NCBI GenBank assembly: GCA_021648485.1
Contig: JAKISS010000009.1
Location: forward strand, 2,061 to 66,060
Direction of reading: 5' to 3'
Source: Gammaproteobacteria bacterium
GTDB lineage: Bacteria; Pseudomonadota; Gammaproteobacteria; SZUA-152
DNA length: 64,000 nucleotides
Part shown: piece by piece, positions 11,206 through 21,377 of the stretch
Layout of the letters: the number at the start of each line of letters is the position of its first letter
Numbering within the stretch: the stretch's first letter is position 1
Program-made: the position numbers and the translations under genes
The notes under the pieces: model-generated
What the model was told of the DNA's origin: nothing
Database searches by the model: none
The model's input: only the letters and a program-made list of their open reading frames with translations

Positions 11206-11300
11206 CGAAGCACGGTTGTTTCCATCCCTGTACATCTTTTATACTCGCGCACCTTGTCCTATCCCAATGCATCTTTTCCAGAATGCAACATCAGAAATAC

Positions 11301-11376
11301 GCCGGTGTAGCTCAGTTGGTAGAGCAGCGCATTCGTAATGCGAAGGTCGGGGGTTCAACTCCTCTCACCGGCACCA
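11301..11376 (+). tRNA. tRNA-Thr (anticodon CGT)
   Basis: GCCGGTGTAGCTCAGTTGGTAGAGCAGCGCATTCGTAATGCGAAGGTCGGGGGTTCAACTCCTCTCACCGGCACCA folds as a cloverleaf with anticodon loop TTCGTAA. It closely resembles E. coli thrW. Confidence 0.95.
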
Positions 11377-11410
11377 CCCCTGACATCCTCCTTATATCCG
11401 GCACACAATG

Positions 11411-14302
11411 TTATTGCGGCGTATTATAGGTAACGCGATAGAAAAAAGTAGCCCCGTTGACCGGGTCATTAAGATAATAACGTGCCTCGATACCCTGATC
11501 CACAATATCGACAGAAAGCGTATAAACAAGCCCCATTTTCAGCCCGCCGGACAATACGTTGTTATTCAGGAAGAGTGGATCAGTGGTACTGAACAGAATA
11601 TCATCACCATTACGCAACTCGTATTGAAGTAGGGGGAAATCCCTGTTTGACAGGTTGTACAGGAAAAACCCGAAACGACCGCCACTGAGCACTGTCGTAC
11701 CCGAAACCTGGGCATCAGCAAAGGCGGCAAAGGCAATCACATCCGCAATAGTGTCTGAAACGTACAACACCGTACTGTTGCTGATTGATGTTCCGGCTTC
11801 TGTGGCCTGAATCCGCACTATGCCGTTTTCTGTCGAGGTAAAGCTGGTACTGGCAGTCCCACCGGTGGTGACCAGGTTTTGTGTACTCAGCACAACGCCA
11901 TTCTGGCTGATTTGCAGTTCGATGGAGGTGCCATCAGCAACAGTAGCCGCAGGGTCAGCAGCCAACACCTGAATTTCAAGGCTACTGGCATCACTGCCAT
12001 CATTGAAAAGCACATTGGGGGTAGCCAGCACAACCAGTGAAACCGGCCGCTGTGGTGTGTCGTTGATCGTCAGATTGAGCGTAGGATTGAAACCGCCGTA
12101 ACTGGCAGTGACAGCTACGGTACCGCTAACACCTATACCCGCTTCAATAAGACCACGGTTTGCCGGTGTGTTATTGACAAAAGCCAGCGTGGGATCATCA
12201 GAACGCCAGATCACCTGATCCGTGAGATCCTGACTGCTGCCATCGGAGAACGTCCCGCTGGCAATAAGCTGTTGCTGTTCAGCACTGTCCAGACTGCTGC
12301 TTGCGGCGATAATGCTCAGGTTAGTCAGCGTGGCAGTACCCACATTGACGGTGACACTGTCCTGCATTCCGTTAAAACTGGCGGTAACCTCGATACTGCC
12401 GCTCACCAGAGCAATCAACCGACCCTGCTGACCCGCCCCGTTTTGTGCAAGTAACCGAGTGTCGTCGGCACTGCTCCAAATAACTTGCGTAGTCACATCA
12501 CCCTGGCTGCCATCGGAATAAGTTGCCGTGGCCTGAAGTTGTGTTTGTGTACCCATCGCCAGAGCAGGTGCATCCGGGCTGATTTGCAAACTGCTCAAAA
12601 TCGCATTGGTCACGGTAAGCGTGGCACTACCGGAGATCCCACTCAGACTGGCGCTAATGCGAGCACTACCAGGGACAAGGGCATTCAGCACGCCATTGTT
12701 GACTGCGGCAACATCCGTATTATCAGACTCCCAGGCAACCTGCTCGCTGATGGATTGTACTGAGCCATCCGAAAAACTGCCTTCAGCACTCAGGCTCTGA
12801 CCCGTACCGGCAGGCAGACTTAATATCGATGGCTCAACATTAATCGACACTAATTGAGCAGCGGTGGTGGTCAGCAAGGCATTGCCGACCACGCCGTCCA
12901 GCGTGGCCGTAATGCCTGTCGTACCCGTATTCAGCGTCATTGCCAGACCTTGGCTGCCAGGGGCATTACTGATGCTGGCAATGGCCGTATCGACAACCAC
13001 CCAGCTCACTTGCGTACTCACATCCTGAATTGTGCCGTCGGAATACCGCCCGATAGCCTGAAAATTTGTCTGGGTACCCAGAGCAAGGCGGGCACTGGGC
13101 GGGGAAATATCAATGCTGCTCAACGTCGCAGCGCTGACACTGAGCCCCAAATTGCCGGAAATATTTCCCAGCGTTGCCGTTGCCGTAAGACTGCCGACTG
13201 CCAGCGCAGTGGCGAATCCGCGATTGCCGCTGGCATTACTGATACCCAGGGGTTCGGAGGGTGTACTCTGCCAGGTTACCTGTTCGGTAATGTCTTGCAG
13301 ACTGCCATCGCTATAATGACCCAGGGCAAGCAGTGCCTGTTGTTTGCCAAGGGAAAGCGTGGTGGAAGTGGCGGCAATTTCGATACGGGTCAACACCGCA
13401 TTGCTGATGGTCACAAGGGTATTGGCCGTAATGCCTGCCAAACGGGCGCTCACCATACTGCTGCCAGTGGCTTGCGGCTGCACAAGACCTGATGCATCAA
13501 TGGTCAGAATACCGCTATCAGCACTGCTCCAGCTTACCTGATTACTGAGGTTCTGGCTGCTGCCATCGCTGTACAAACCGGTTGCAGACAAACTGAGCTG
13601 GGTGCCCAGAGGCAGATTCGGGGTATCAGGACTCAAAATAATTTGCGTCAAACTGGCAGCGCTGACGGTAATATCAATTTGTGCATTGCTGCCTCCCAGG
13701 CTGGCCGTCAACTGGGTGTTGCCAATAGCAAGGCCAGTCACCTGTAACGAGCCGGTGACAAGCGGGTCGGAAAGACTGGCGATAGCGGTATCCATAATTG
13801 CCCAGCTTGCCTGGGTTTCCAGGTTTTGCGTACTGCCATCACTGTAATGCCCGATGAGGTCAACCTCCATGTGGGTACCTGCCGCCAACTGAAGACTGCC
13901 AGGGCTGATTTCCAGACTCGTGAGAGAAGCATTGGTGACAATGAGGATGGTGCTACCAACAATGCCGTCCAGACTCGCCTGTAGCGTGACCTGCCCAGCA
14001 GTCAGTGCAGAAACAACGCCGCTGCCGGATATGGTCGCAATGCTGACATCACTGGATTGCCAGACAACCTCATTGGTTAATGGACGTGTGCTGTTATCGC
14101 TGTTAACACCGGTTGCGATGAGACTGAGAGTTGTGCCCTGGGCAAGAAAAGGCAGGTCAGGTGTAACCTCGATACGGGACAGGCCTGAGCCGGTAACAGG
14201 ATCGGGAGAAGAGCCTCCACCGCCACCACAAGCGACAAGAAAAAGAAACAACAATGCAGGCAAGCACCGCAAAACATATGTTTTGGTGAAGAAATACAAC
14301 AT
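11411..14302 (-). CDS. Large lipoprotein with about 8 tandem bacterial Ig-like (Big_2-type) domains and a distinct C-terminal domain
   Basis: 963 aa with a signal peptide and lipobox (LLFLFLVACGGGGGS). It carries repeated ~85-90-aa units of the form LxxIxIxP...LxxGxxxQLxAxGxYSDGSxQDxTxQVxWxSxxxxIAxxS. Confidence 0.8.
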   Translation of the reverse strand: MLYFFTKTYVLRCLPALLFLFLVACGGGGGSSPDPVTGSGLSRIEVTPDLPFLAQGTTLSLIATGVNSDNSTRPLTNEVVWQSSDVSIATISGSGVVSALTAGQVTLQASLDGIVGSTILIVTNASLTSLEISPGSLQLAAGTHMEVDLIGHYSDGSTQNLETQASWAIMDTAIASLSDPLVTGSLQVTGLAIGNTQLTASLGGSNAQIDITVSAASLTQIILSPDTPNLPLGTQLSLSATGLYSDGSSQNLSNQVSWSSADSGILTIDASGLVQPQATGSSMVSARLAGITANTLVTISNAVLTRIEIAATSTTLSLGKQQALLALGHYSDGSLQDITEQVTWQSTPSEPLGISNASGNRGFATALAVGSLTATATLGNISGNLGLSVSAATLSSIDISPPSARLALGTQTNFQAIGRYSDGTIQDVSTQVSWVVVDTAIASISNAPGSQGLAMTLNTGTTGITATLDGVVGNALLTTTAAQLVSINVEPSILSLPAGTGQSLSAEGSFSDGSVQSISEQVAWESDNTDVAAVNNGVLNALVPGSARISASLSGISGSATLTVTNAILSSLQISPDAPALAMGTQTQLQATATYSDGSQGDVTTQVIWSSADDTRLLAQNGAGQQGRLIALVSGSIEVTASFNGMQDSVTVNVGTATLTNLSIIAASSSLDSAEQQQLIASGTFSDGSSQDLTDQVIWRSDDPTLAFVNNTPANRGLIEAGIGVSGTVAVTASYGGFNPTLNLTINDTPQRPVSLVVLATPNVLFNDGSDASSLEIQVLAADPAATVADGTSIELQISQNGVVLSTQNLVTTGGTASTSFTSTENGIVRIQATEAGTSISNSTVLYVSDTIADVIAFAAFADAQVSGTTVLSGGRFGFFLYNLSNRDFPLLQYELRNGDDILFSTTDPLFLNNNVLSGGLKMGLVYTLSVDIVDQGIEARYYLNDPVNGATFFYRVTYNTPQ

Positions 14303-14559
14303 TCAACCCCCCAAGAGACGGAACAACAAATATCCGTCATTCGGTCAAATTTTATACAACTCGAAGTGTGTTGGGAAGCCGTGCGATAAACTTGTGAGAA
14401 AACCCATAGTTACCCCGCTACGCTCGCCAAATTATCGGCCAATCGAAGAGGGTTCTTTAGAGGGTGTATGAAATAAACCGTCCTGCGTTGTGCCAAAAAT
14501 GACATACGCAGCGTCAGAAATGCGGGCCAGCAATGCCCTCTTGCCGTGCCGGAACGGCC

Positions 14560-14874
14560 TTATTTCTGTTTTTTGTTGTCAAACTTGCCACCGCCCTTTA
14601 GTTGCACGATGACGTTGCCGCTGGGTTCGTCAACAAAACGAGGTTTCCCAGGAGAGACATTGCCACTCTGAGCCGCCAGTTCTGTTTCGCGTGAAACAAT
14701 CAAATCCAGACAGGCACGCATACTGTTGATAGTGCTGTCGGAGAGAGGATGACGCATACCCGGCGGGGTATGGGTATCTTTGGCAATCTCGGTGATCACC
14801 TTTTTGACCATACGCAGGATGCGCTGCTCTTTGCTTTCGGGTTCAGTTTCTGTAGACATAAACGGAGCGCTCAT
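14560..14874 (-). CDS. Conserved-looking hypothetical protein (104 aa)
   Basis: An ORF with plausible coding composition and a basic C-terminal tail (GGGKFDNKKQK). I cannot assign a family. Confidence 0.5.
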   Translation of the reverse strand: MSAPFMSTETEPESKEQRILRMVKKVITEIAKDTHTPPGMRHPLSDSTINSMRACLDLIVSRETELAAQSGNVSPGKPRFVDEPSGNVIVQLKGGGKFDNKKQK

Positions 14875-15076
14875 GATGTCGATAAAGTCAGTCAGGTGCA
14901 GTTTGGCATAATTTGCCAGAGCAAATGTACTGCCTGTTGTGGATACACGGCTTCACACCCGATAACGATTACAGTGCCAATATTGTGTAACAGAAAGGGA
15001 TGTTTCGTGACTGATAGGGGTTAGCCAGGCAATAACACGGGTTGATACAATAAAACTGAAACTGACAGGGAATCAC

Positions 15077-17224
15077 ATGAAAAAAACACTTAACTCTCGC
15101 AGCCTGGTCGTACTGGTTGTTGTTTTACTGATAGCGGCCTTTTTTGTGTTTGATCTCGGTCAGTATTTGACGCTGGACTACCTCAAGTCCCAACGACAAT
15201 CTTTTCTGGATTATTACGCCGACAATCGTTTTGCTACGCTGGCAATTTATTTTGCCATTTACGTTGCTGTCGCAGCATTATCGTTACCAGGAGCGGCAGT
15301 GATGACCCTCGCCGGTGGTGCCGTGTTTGGCCTGGCGACCGGATTGTTGCTGATTTCGTTTGCCAGCACCATTGGAGCCACTCTTGCCTTTATGATTTCG
15401 CGTTTTGTCTTGCGCGACACGATACAAAACCGTTTCAGGGATAAACTGAAAGCGATCAATGCAGGGGTTGAAAAAGAAGGCGATTTTTATCTGTTTACCC
15501 TGCGACTGATTCCCCTGTTTCCCTTTTTTGTGATTAATCTGGTCATGGGTTTAACGCCAATGAAAACCTGGCGTTTTTATCTGGTCAGCCAGATTGGCAT
15601 GCTGCCGGGCACCGCCGTATTCGTAAATGCGGGCAGTCAATTAGGCGCACTGGAATCATTATCAGGTATTTTATCGCCGGGACTGATTTTGTCTTTTGCG
15701 TTATTGGGCATCTTTCCCCTGCTGGCAAAAAAACTGGTGAGTTTTATCAAATCACGCAAGGTTCTCAAGCAATATTCAAAACCAAAATCATTTGATTACA
15801 ATATGGTGGTCATCGGCGGTGGCTCAGCGGGCCTGGTATCGGCCTACATTGCAGCCGCGGTAAAAGCCAAAGTATTGCTGATTGAAAAACACAAAATGGG
15901 GGGAGACTGTCTCAACACCGGTTGTGTGCCCAGCAAAGCGCTGATTCGATCCGCGAAAATGCTGCATTACGCAAAGCGTGCCGAGGATTTTGGTTTTAAA
16001 ACAACTACTGTCGAATTTGAATTCAGTGAGGTCATGGAACGTGTGCAGCGCGTTATCCAACAAATAGAACCCCATGATTCTGTGGAGCGCTACACCGGCT
16101 TGGGCGTGGAAGTGATACAAAGCGAAGCCAAAATCATTTCGCCATACGAAGTGGAAGTAGAAGGAAAAATCGTTACCGCAAAAAATATTGTCATCGCCAC
16201 AGGGGCACGACCGGTAGTACCACCCATACCGGGACTGAAAGAGACAGACTACTTTACCTCGGACACAGTATGGAATTTACGCGAATGCCCTCGCCGATTG
16301 GTGGTGCTGGGTGGCGGCCCTATTGGTTGTGAACTGGCACAAAGTTTTCAACGTCTGGGCAGTGAAGTCTTTTTGATTCAGCGTGGAGCGCAATTGTTAC
16401 CCCGTGAAGATACGGAAGTCGCAAAAATGGTGGAGGCTCGTTTTCGTGACGAGGGTATACATGTACTCACAGGCCATTCGGCACAGCGTTGTGAAATGTC
16501 GAATGGGCAACATGTACTGATCTGCAAACATAAAGGCACAGAGGTTCGTATTGAGTTTGATCAGCTTTTGCTGGCTCTGGGGCGTAAGGCCAATGTGCAG
16601 GGTTTTGGGCTTGAAGATCTGAAAGTGAAAATTGCACCACAAGGCACTGTAGAGGCCGATGAATTCTTGCGCACCAACTACCCGAATATTTATGTCTGCG
16701 GTGACGTAACGGGACCCTATCAATTTACGCACACCGCCGCACATCAAGCATGGTACGTGGCAGTCAACGCCTTGTTCAGTCCGTTTAAAAGTTTTCGTGT
16801 GGATTATTCAGTGATTCCCTGGGCAACGTTCACCGATCCGGAAGTAGCGCGCGTGGGTCTCAATGAACTGGAAGCAAAAGAAAAAAATATTGCTTACGAA
16901 GTCAGCACCTATGGCATCGATGACCTGGATCGCGCCATTGCCGACAGCGAAGCGCACGGACTGGTGAAGGTTTTGACAATGCCGGGCAAAGATAAAATTC
17001 TTGGGGTAACTATTGTCGGCAACCATGCCGGTGATCTGATTGCCGAGTTTGTCATGGCCATGAAACATGGCCTGGGATTGAACAAGATTCTTGGCACGAT
17101 CCACATTTATCCCACCATGGCAGAGTCTAATAAATATGTGGCCGGTGTGTGGAAACGGCAACATAAACCGGAAGCCCTGTTACACTGGGTGGAACGTTTT
17201 CATACTTGGCGGCGCGGTAATTAA
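15077..17224 (+). CDS. Fusion protein: TVP38/DedA-type membrane domain plus pyridine nucleotide-disulfide oxidoreductase (MerA/Lpd-like)
   Basis: The N-terminal ~230 aa are polytopic membrane sequence (LRLIPLFPFFVINLVMG). They are followed by VVIGGGSAGLVSA, the redox-active GGDCLNTGCVPSK motif, a second dinucleotide fold (VVLGGGPIGCE) and a dimerisation-domain HxxxxE-like end. Confidence 0.85.
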   Translation: MKKTLNSRSLVVLVVVLLIAAFFVFDLGQYLTLDYLKSQRQSFLDYYADNRFATLAIYFAIYVAVAALSLPGAAVMTLAGGAVFGLATGLLLISFASTIGATLAFMISRFVLRDTIQNRFRDKLKAINAGVEKEGDFYLFTLRLIPLFPFFVINLVMGLTPMKTWRFYLVSQIGMLPGTAVFVNAGSQLGALESLSGILSPGLILSFALLGIFPLLAKKLVSFIKSRKVLKQYSKPKSFDYNMVVIGGGSAGLVSAYIAAAVKAKVLLIEKHKMGGDCLNTGCVPSKALIRSAKMLHYAKRAEDFGFKTTTVEFEFSEVMERVQRVIQQIEPHDSVERYTGLGVEVIQSEAKIISPYEVEVEGKIVTAKNIVIATGARPVVPPIPGLKETDYFTSDTVWNLRECPRRLVVLGGGPIGCELAQSFQRLGSEVFLIQRGAQLLPREDTEVAKMVEARFRDEGIHVLTGHSAQRCEMSNGQHVLICKHKGTEVRIEFDQLLLALGRKANVQGFGLEDLKVKIAPQGTVEADEFLRTNYPNIYVCGDVTGPYQFTHTAAHQAWYVAVNALFSPFKSFRVDYSVIPWATFTDPEVARVGLNELEAKEKNIAYEVSTYGIDDLDRAIADSEAHGLVKVLTMPGKDKILGVTIVGNHAGDLIAEFVMAMKHGLGLNKILGTIHIYPTMAESNKYVAGVWKRQHKPEALLHWVERFHTWRRGN

Positions 17225-17655
17225 TGAATACTTTCTGGGAAAAAATATCACTGGAAGAAATGAATGCAACACAATGGGAGTCATTGTGTGACAGCTGTGG
17301 AAAATGTTGCTTACATAAACTTGAAGATGAAGATAGCGGCAAAGTATATGTTTGCAATGTTGCTTGCAAGCTGATGGATGTTGAAACCTGTCGCTGCCTG
17401 GATTATAAAAACCGTAAAAAACAAGTGCCAGATTGTACCGTACTCACTGTTGAACGCATTGCAGAATTTCACTGGCTACCAAAAACCTGCGCATATCGTT
17501 TGCTGGCTGAAAGTAAACCTCTGATTGAATGGCATCCTTTGGTCAGTGGTGACGCTTCCACAGTACATAGCGCCGGTATTTCTGTACGAGGACACGTCAT
17601 CACAGAAACGGATGCCGATGATCTGTATCAGCATATTACCGATTGGGTGCTGTGA
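17224..17655 (+). CDS. YcgN-family (UPF0260) cysteine-cluster protein
   Basis: WESLCDSCGKCCLHKLEDEDSGKVYVCNVACKLMDVETCRCLDYKNR is typical of the YcgN family. The start overlaps the upstream stop as TAATG. Confidence 0.8.
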   Translation: MNTFWEKISLEEMNATQWESLCDSCGKCCLHKLEDEDSGKVYVCNVACKLMDVETCRCLDYKNRKKQVPDCTVLTVERIAEFHWLPKTCAYRLLAESKPLIEWHPLVSGDASTVHSAGISVRGHVITETDADDLYQHITDWVL

Positions 17656-17935
17656 CCCGGAACATTGAGGTGAATTTATATCCGATCCCGGCTCAACTTA
17701 AAATAATATACCAAATACTTTTTAAAGCACTTTTCCATCACCTCTTTTTAAGCCTCTTATCAAAAGATATTTAAAATATTTCCACAACAAAGATAATTGA
17801 TTGTGGGTACACACTCCGGCCTGGTCTGGTTATAATGATTTGCTCGGCAACCTGTTAACTAGAGATAGCTTGTCAATTAGGTTACATTGCACGAAAGTAT
17901 AAAAAATGGATTTGTTGACTAGAGAGAGGGGAAGG

Positions 17936-18142
17936 ATGATGTCAGATGGTACGGTGAAGTGGTTTAATGATGCCAAAGGTTACGGATTTATTGTGCCACA
18001 AGGAGGGGGGGAAGATGTTTTTGTGCATCACACCAATATCGAAGGCACGGGCTTCAAAACACTGGCGGAGGGCCAGGAAGTGAAATTCGAGATGGAAGAA
18101 GGCCAAAAAGGTATGTCGGCTACCAATGTGCAACCTTGTTGA
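17936..18142 (+). CDS. Cold-shock protein, CspA family
   Basis: [19 protein letters not shown]...DVFVHHTNI carries the RNP1 and RNP2 motifs. A GGGGAAGG Shine-Dalgarno sequence lies just upstream of the ATG at 17936. A long AT-rich leader with a TATAAT at 17831-17836 resembles the long cspA 5' UTRs. Confidence 0.9.
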   Translation: MMSDGTVKWFNDAKGYGFIVPQGGGEDVFVHHTNIEGTGFKTLAEGQEVKFEMEEGQKGMSATNVQPC

Positions 18143-18208
18143 AAAAGGCGATAAATACTTTGTACTCTGTTTAATATTACGGGCGATGAATTGTTTGACT
18201 CATTAACA

Positions 18209-18247
18209 CCTGAATCCTGCAAGTGGTGCGCACTTGCAGGATTCAGG
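18209..18247. terminator. 17-bp perfect hairpin between convergent csp and the DUF1415 gene
   Basis: The sequence is cctgaatcctgcaagtg-gtgcg-cacttgcaggattcagg. There is no clear U-tract, so its role as a terminator is inferred from position only. Confidence 0.5.
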
Positions 18248-18815
18248 CAACAGGAAAAATCCAGGGGAAAAGCCGGTGTTTTTCGTCCAGGCGAAGCGAG
18301 TTAACCCGACGGATATTTTGTAATGGAATATCCTCTGGTCGTTCAACATGTGCAAGTGCAACAGCCAGACTGTCTTCACGAATAATATGCAGGATTGGAT
18401 AGGGCGCACGGTTGGTCAGGTTTTCTGCTGCCTCGGGTGCAACACCAGCAAAACAATAGTGCGGGTGGAAGCTGGCAATCTGGTACTTTCCGTGCCAGGC
18501 AAACTCGTCAAGCAACGCATCCACCTGATCCAGAAACTGATTGTAGTCTGCAAAATCTGCCAGCATATTGGGCAATACCAGTAGCGTGGTTTCGAGTTCC
18601 GAGTCGGGCTGCTGGTCTAGCCAATCCAGCTCTGCGTGCAGTGCTTCCAGTAACTGCAATTCTGTTGTGCTGTCACATACCTGAATCCGTACACGATTTT
18701 CCAGCAGTGGTTGCGCTGCAAAGGGGCACAGCCCAAGGCCGATGACCACCTGTTCCAGCCATTGCCGGGTTAACTGTATTTGTGTGGTATTTGCTTCAGA
18801 GCTTGTGGATGACAT
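18243..18815 (-). CDS. DUF1415-family protein
   Basis: MSSTSSE...WLEQVVIGLGLCPFAAQP... matches the DUF1415 signature as I remember it. The start is set at the internal ATG at 18813-18815, which overlaps the upstream MOSC gene by 20 nt. Confidence 0.6.
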   Translation of the reverse strand: MSSTSSEANTTQIQLTRQWLEQVVIGLGLCPFAAQPLLENRVRIQVCDSTTELQLLEALHAELDWLDQQPDSELETTLLVLPNMLADFADYNQFLDQVDALLDEFAWHGKYQIASFHPHYCFAGVAPEAAENLTNRAPYPILHIIREDSLAVALAHVERPEDIPLQNIRRVNSLRLDEKHRLFPWIFPVA

Positions 18816-19350
18816 CGCCAATCGAAACCTCGCCGGTTGAAATAATTTTTGCATAAACACCGCGCAGACGATGCGTATCGCCTTGTGCCGAATTAACATA
18901 TTGCCTCGCAACCTCCCCAAACCGTTGCTCGAATTTACGGCAAGCCCGATGAGGCTCAGCAGTAATTTCCAGCACCACCGCCCCTATTTGCAATTGTGTA
19001 CCAGAGGACAAATTATTGACGCTCAAATCAAGATCAACAAACAACTGGTCACCCGCCAATGGCCACTGGTTTTTGTCTCTGGTCAATACATCAATCATAC
19101 GTGCGTTCATGATGGCGACCTGTACCACAGGATCGGCCTGGCCATTGGCCAGTGTTTTCCAGCATTGATTTTGCCAATTGTCGCCTGTGACCCCGGCTTC
19201 AGATGAAAACAGTGCCTGTGAAAGCACTTCGCGCTCATTCGTTTGCGGGCGTACCACCATTAATTTCACACGCCCCTTATCACTGGGTGAATTCAGCACC
19301 CAGGGCATGCGACTTTCGATATCATTCAGTGTGACATATTTCATAATCAA
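18796..19350 (-). CDS. MOSC domain-containing protein
   Basis: 184 aa resembling a YiiM/MOSC beta-barrel (GRVKLMVVRP...GDQLFVDLDLS...GVYAKIISTGEVSIGDVI). Confidence 0.65.
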   Translation of the reverse strand: MIMKYVTLNDIESRMPWVLNSPSDKGRVKLMVVRPQTNEREVLSQALFSSEAGVTGDNWQNQCWKTLANGQADPVVQVAIMNARMIDVLTRDKNQWPLAGDQLFVDLDLSVNNLSSGTQLQIGAVVLEITAEPHRACRKFEQRFGEVARQYVNSAQGDTHRLRGVYAKIISTGEVSIGDVIHKL

Positions 19351-19427
19351 CGCAGTTTATGCTTTTATGGGCATTCAGGACACTTTCCACTTCTCAGGCT
19401 TGGAGGCCTTTTGTCGCTACTAACATC

Positions 19428-20354
19428 ATGCAAAATAATGAATTAACAAAAAGACTGGATGCTATCGTTACGCATGCCAGCCAAGTGGTATTGGGCAAGC
19501 AACACGAAATTCGTCTGGCGCTCGCGTGTTTACTGGCACGCGGCCATTTACTCATCGAAGATTTGCCGGGCATGGGTAAAACCACGCTGGCGCATGTGCT
19601 GGCACAAACACTGGGGCTGCAATATCAACGTATTCAGTTCACCAGCGATTTACTGCCTGCGGATATTCTGGGCGTATCCATTTTTGATAAATCCGAGCAG
19701 GGTTTTCATTTTCACCCCGGCCCGATTTTCGCCCAGCTGATTTTGGCTGACGAAGTGAACCGTGCCACACCCAAGGCACAAAGCGCGCTACTGGAAGCCA
19801 TGGAAGAAGGCCAGGTCACCATCGAAGGGAAAACCCGGCCATTGCCAGCACCTTTTTTTGTGATCGCCACGCAAAACCCCACCTATCAAATCGGCACTTT
19901 TCCGCTACCAGAGTCTCAGCTGGACCGGTTTTTGATGCGTATTTCGCTGGGCTATCCTGATGCCAGCGCTGAACGTGCCCTATTGAGAGGCGATGACCGC
20001 AGGGAAATACTCAAACAACATGGTGCGTGTATTCAGCCAGGGCAACTGATAGCACTACAGCAGGCCGCCAGCAAAGTACACGTCGCCGATGCCCTGCTGG
20101 ATTACGTGCAGGCTTTATTGGATATCAGCCGTCGCTCGCCACAATTTACCCACGGACTATCCCCCCGTGCCGGGCTTGCGTTGTTGCGCAGCGCCAAAGC
20201 CTGGGCGCTGATGGCCGGACGGGACCATGCCATGCCGGAAGATGTGCAAACTGTCATGCCGCATGTGGTGAGCCATCGATTACAGGCAGTGGCAGAATCC
20301 AGCCAGGGCGATCAAACACTGCTGACCCTGTTGCAAGACGTTGCCATTCCCTGA
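19428..20354 (+). CDS. MoxR-family AAA+ ATPase
   Basis: Walker A LIEDLPGMGKTTLA, Walker B ILADEVNRATPKAQSALLEAMEE, and the FFVIATQNP motif. The start is set at the ATG at 19428. Confidence 0.9.
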   Translation: MQNNELTKRLDAIVTHASQVVLGKQHEIRLALACLLARGHLLIEDLPGMGKTTLAHVLAQTLGLQYQRIQFTSDLLPADILGVSIFDKSEQGFHFHPGPIFAQLILADEVNRATPKAQSALLEAMEEGQVTIEGKTRPLPAPFFVIATQNPTYQIGTFPLPESQLDRFLMRISLGYPDASAERALLRGDDRREILKQHGACIQPGQLIALQQAASKVHVADALLDYVQALLDISRRSPQFTHGLSPRAGLALLRSAKAWALMAGRDHAMPEDVQTVMPHVVSHRLQAVAESSQGDQTLLTLLQDVAIP

Positions 20355-20363
20355 GAACTTGCC

Positions 20364-21377
20364 ATGTCGCATACAACGGCGAATACCACCACGCCCACTG
20401 CCATGAGCCTGCGTCACCGCTTCAGCCTGAAACGATTTTTCGCGGGAGAAGGCCCGGAGCCCGGCCCCATTTTTCTGGCACAGCGGCGCGTGTATATTTT
20501 ACCGAGCAGAATGGGGGTATATTTTGCGGCAATGATGCTGATCATGCTGTTGGGTGCCGTGAATTACAACAACAGCCTTGCTTATGCGCTGACATTTTTA
20601 TTGGCCAGTATCTTTTTTATTGCCATCCTGCACACCTATCGTAACCTGTTGCATTTGCGCGTTGACGTAGGACAAATACCCGCTGTGTTTTGCGGTGAAA
20701 TCGCACAGGTGCCCATAATGCTGGACAACCGTCGCAGTGCAGCCCGTTATGCCATCAAATTACAGTTACGAAATCAACAACACACCAATGTTGATATAAC
20801 AGGTGATCAGTGGCAACGAAATAAAGTGCCATTGCGGACAACACACCGTGGCCGACACACCGTGCCACGCTTGACACTGGAAACCGGTTTTCCGCTGGGC
20901 CTGTTTCGGGCATGGGCCTACGCACAACGGGATGTGTGTTATTTCGTGTATCCCATCCCGGATCAGCATCACCCTCTACCGGATGAATCCAGTTATCACC
21001 TTGACTTGCAGGGTGACCGTGGCCACGGGACCGATGATTTTGCCGGCCTGCGTAACTATCACGCAGGTGATTCCCTGCGTCATATTCATTGGAAAACCGT
21101 TGCCCGCGGGCAGGACATGTTCACCAAACAGTTTGGCGGCGACCAGGCTATCGAATTATGGTTAGACTGGGATAGCCTGCCAAACCTGGATACAGAAGCA
21201 CGCCTGTCGCGCCTGACTCGCTGGGTGCTGGATGCCAGCGCCACACAGGTGAATTATGGGCTGCGGCTGCCGAATACACATATTCCGCCAGGCACAGGAT
21301 CTGCGCACCAGCAACAATGCCTACAAGCGCTCGCCCTGCATGACATAACCCCGGATGCCGATATTTCATCATCATGA
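20364..21377 (+). CDS. DUF58 domain protein (MoxR partner)
   Basis: 337 aa with two N-terminal transmembrane segments and a DFAGLRNYHAGDSLRHIHWK motif typical of DUF58. It sits immediately after moxR. Confidence 0.85.
   Translation: MSHTTANTTTPTAMSLRHRFSLKRFFAGEGPEPGPIFLAQRRVYILPSRMGVYFAAMMLIMLLGAVNYNNSLAYALTFLLASIFFIAILHTYRNLLHLRVDVGQIPAVFCGEIAQVPIMLDNRRSAARYAIKLQLRNQQHTNVDITGDQWQRNKVPLRTTHRGRHTVPRLTLETGFPLGLFRAWAYAQRDVCYFVYPIPDQHHPLPDESSYHLDLQGDRGHGTDDFAGLRNYHAGDSLRHIHWKTVARGQDMFTKQFGGDQAIELWLDWDSLPNLDTEARLSRLTRWVLDASATQVNYGLRLPNTHIPPGTGSAHQQQCLQALALHDITPDADISSS

Noticed and set aside
12854-13492. A 212-aa plus-strand ORF and other ORFs lie antisense to the Big_2 lipoprotein gene.
   Set aside because: These are shadow ORFs of a repetitive, GC-biased coding region, with low-complexity Gly/Arg/Ala/Gln-rich translations.
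18005-18011. A G7 homopolymer inside the cold-shock gene could act as a phase-variation tract.
   Set aside because: It encodes the in-frame GGG of [11 protein letters not shown] in a housekeeping csp gene. The run is short, and there is no evidence of slippage or alternative frames.
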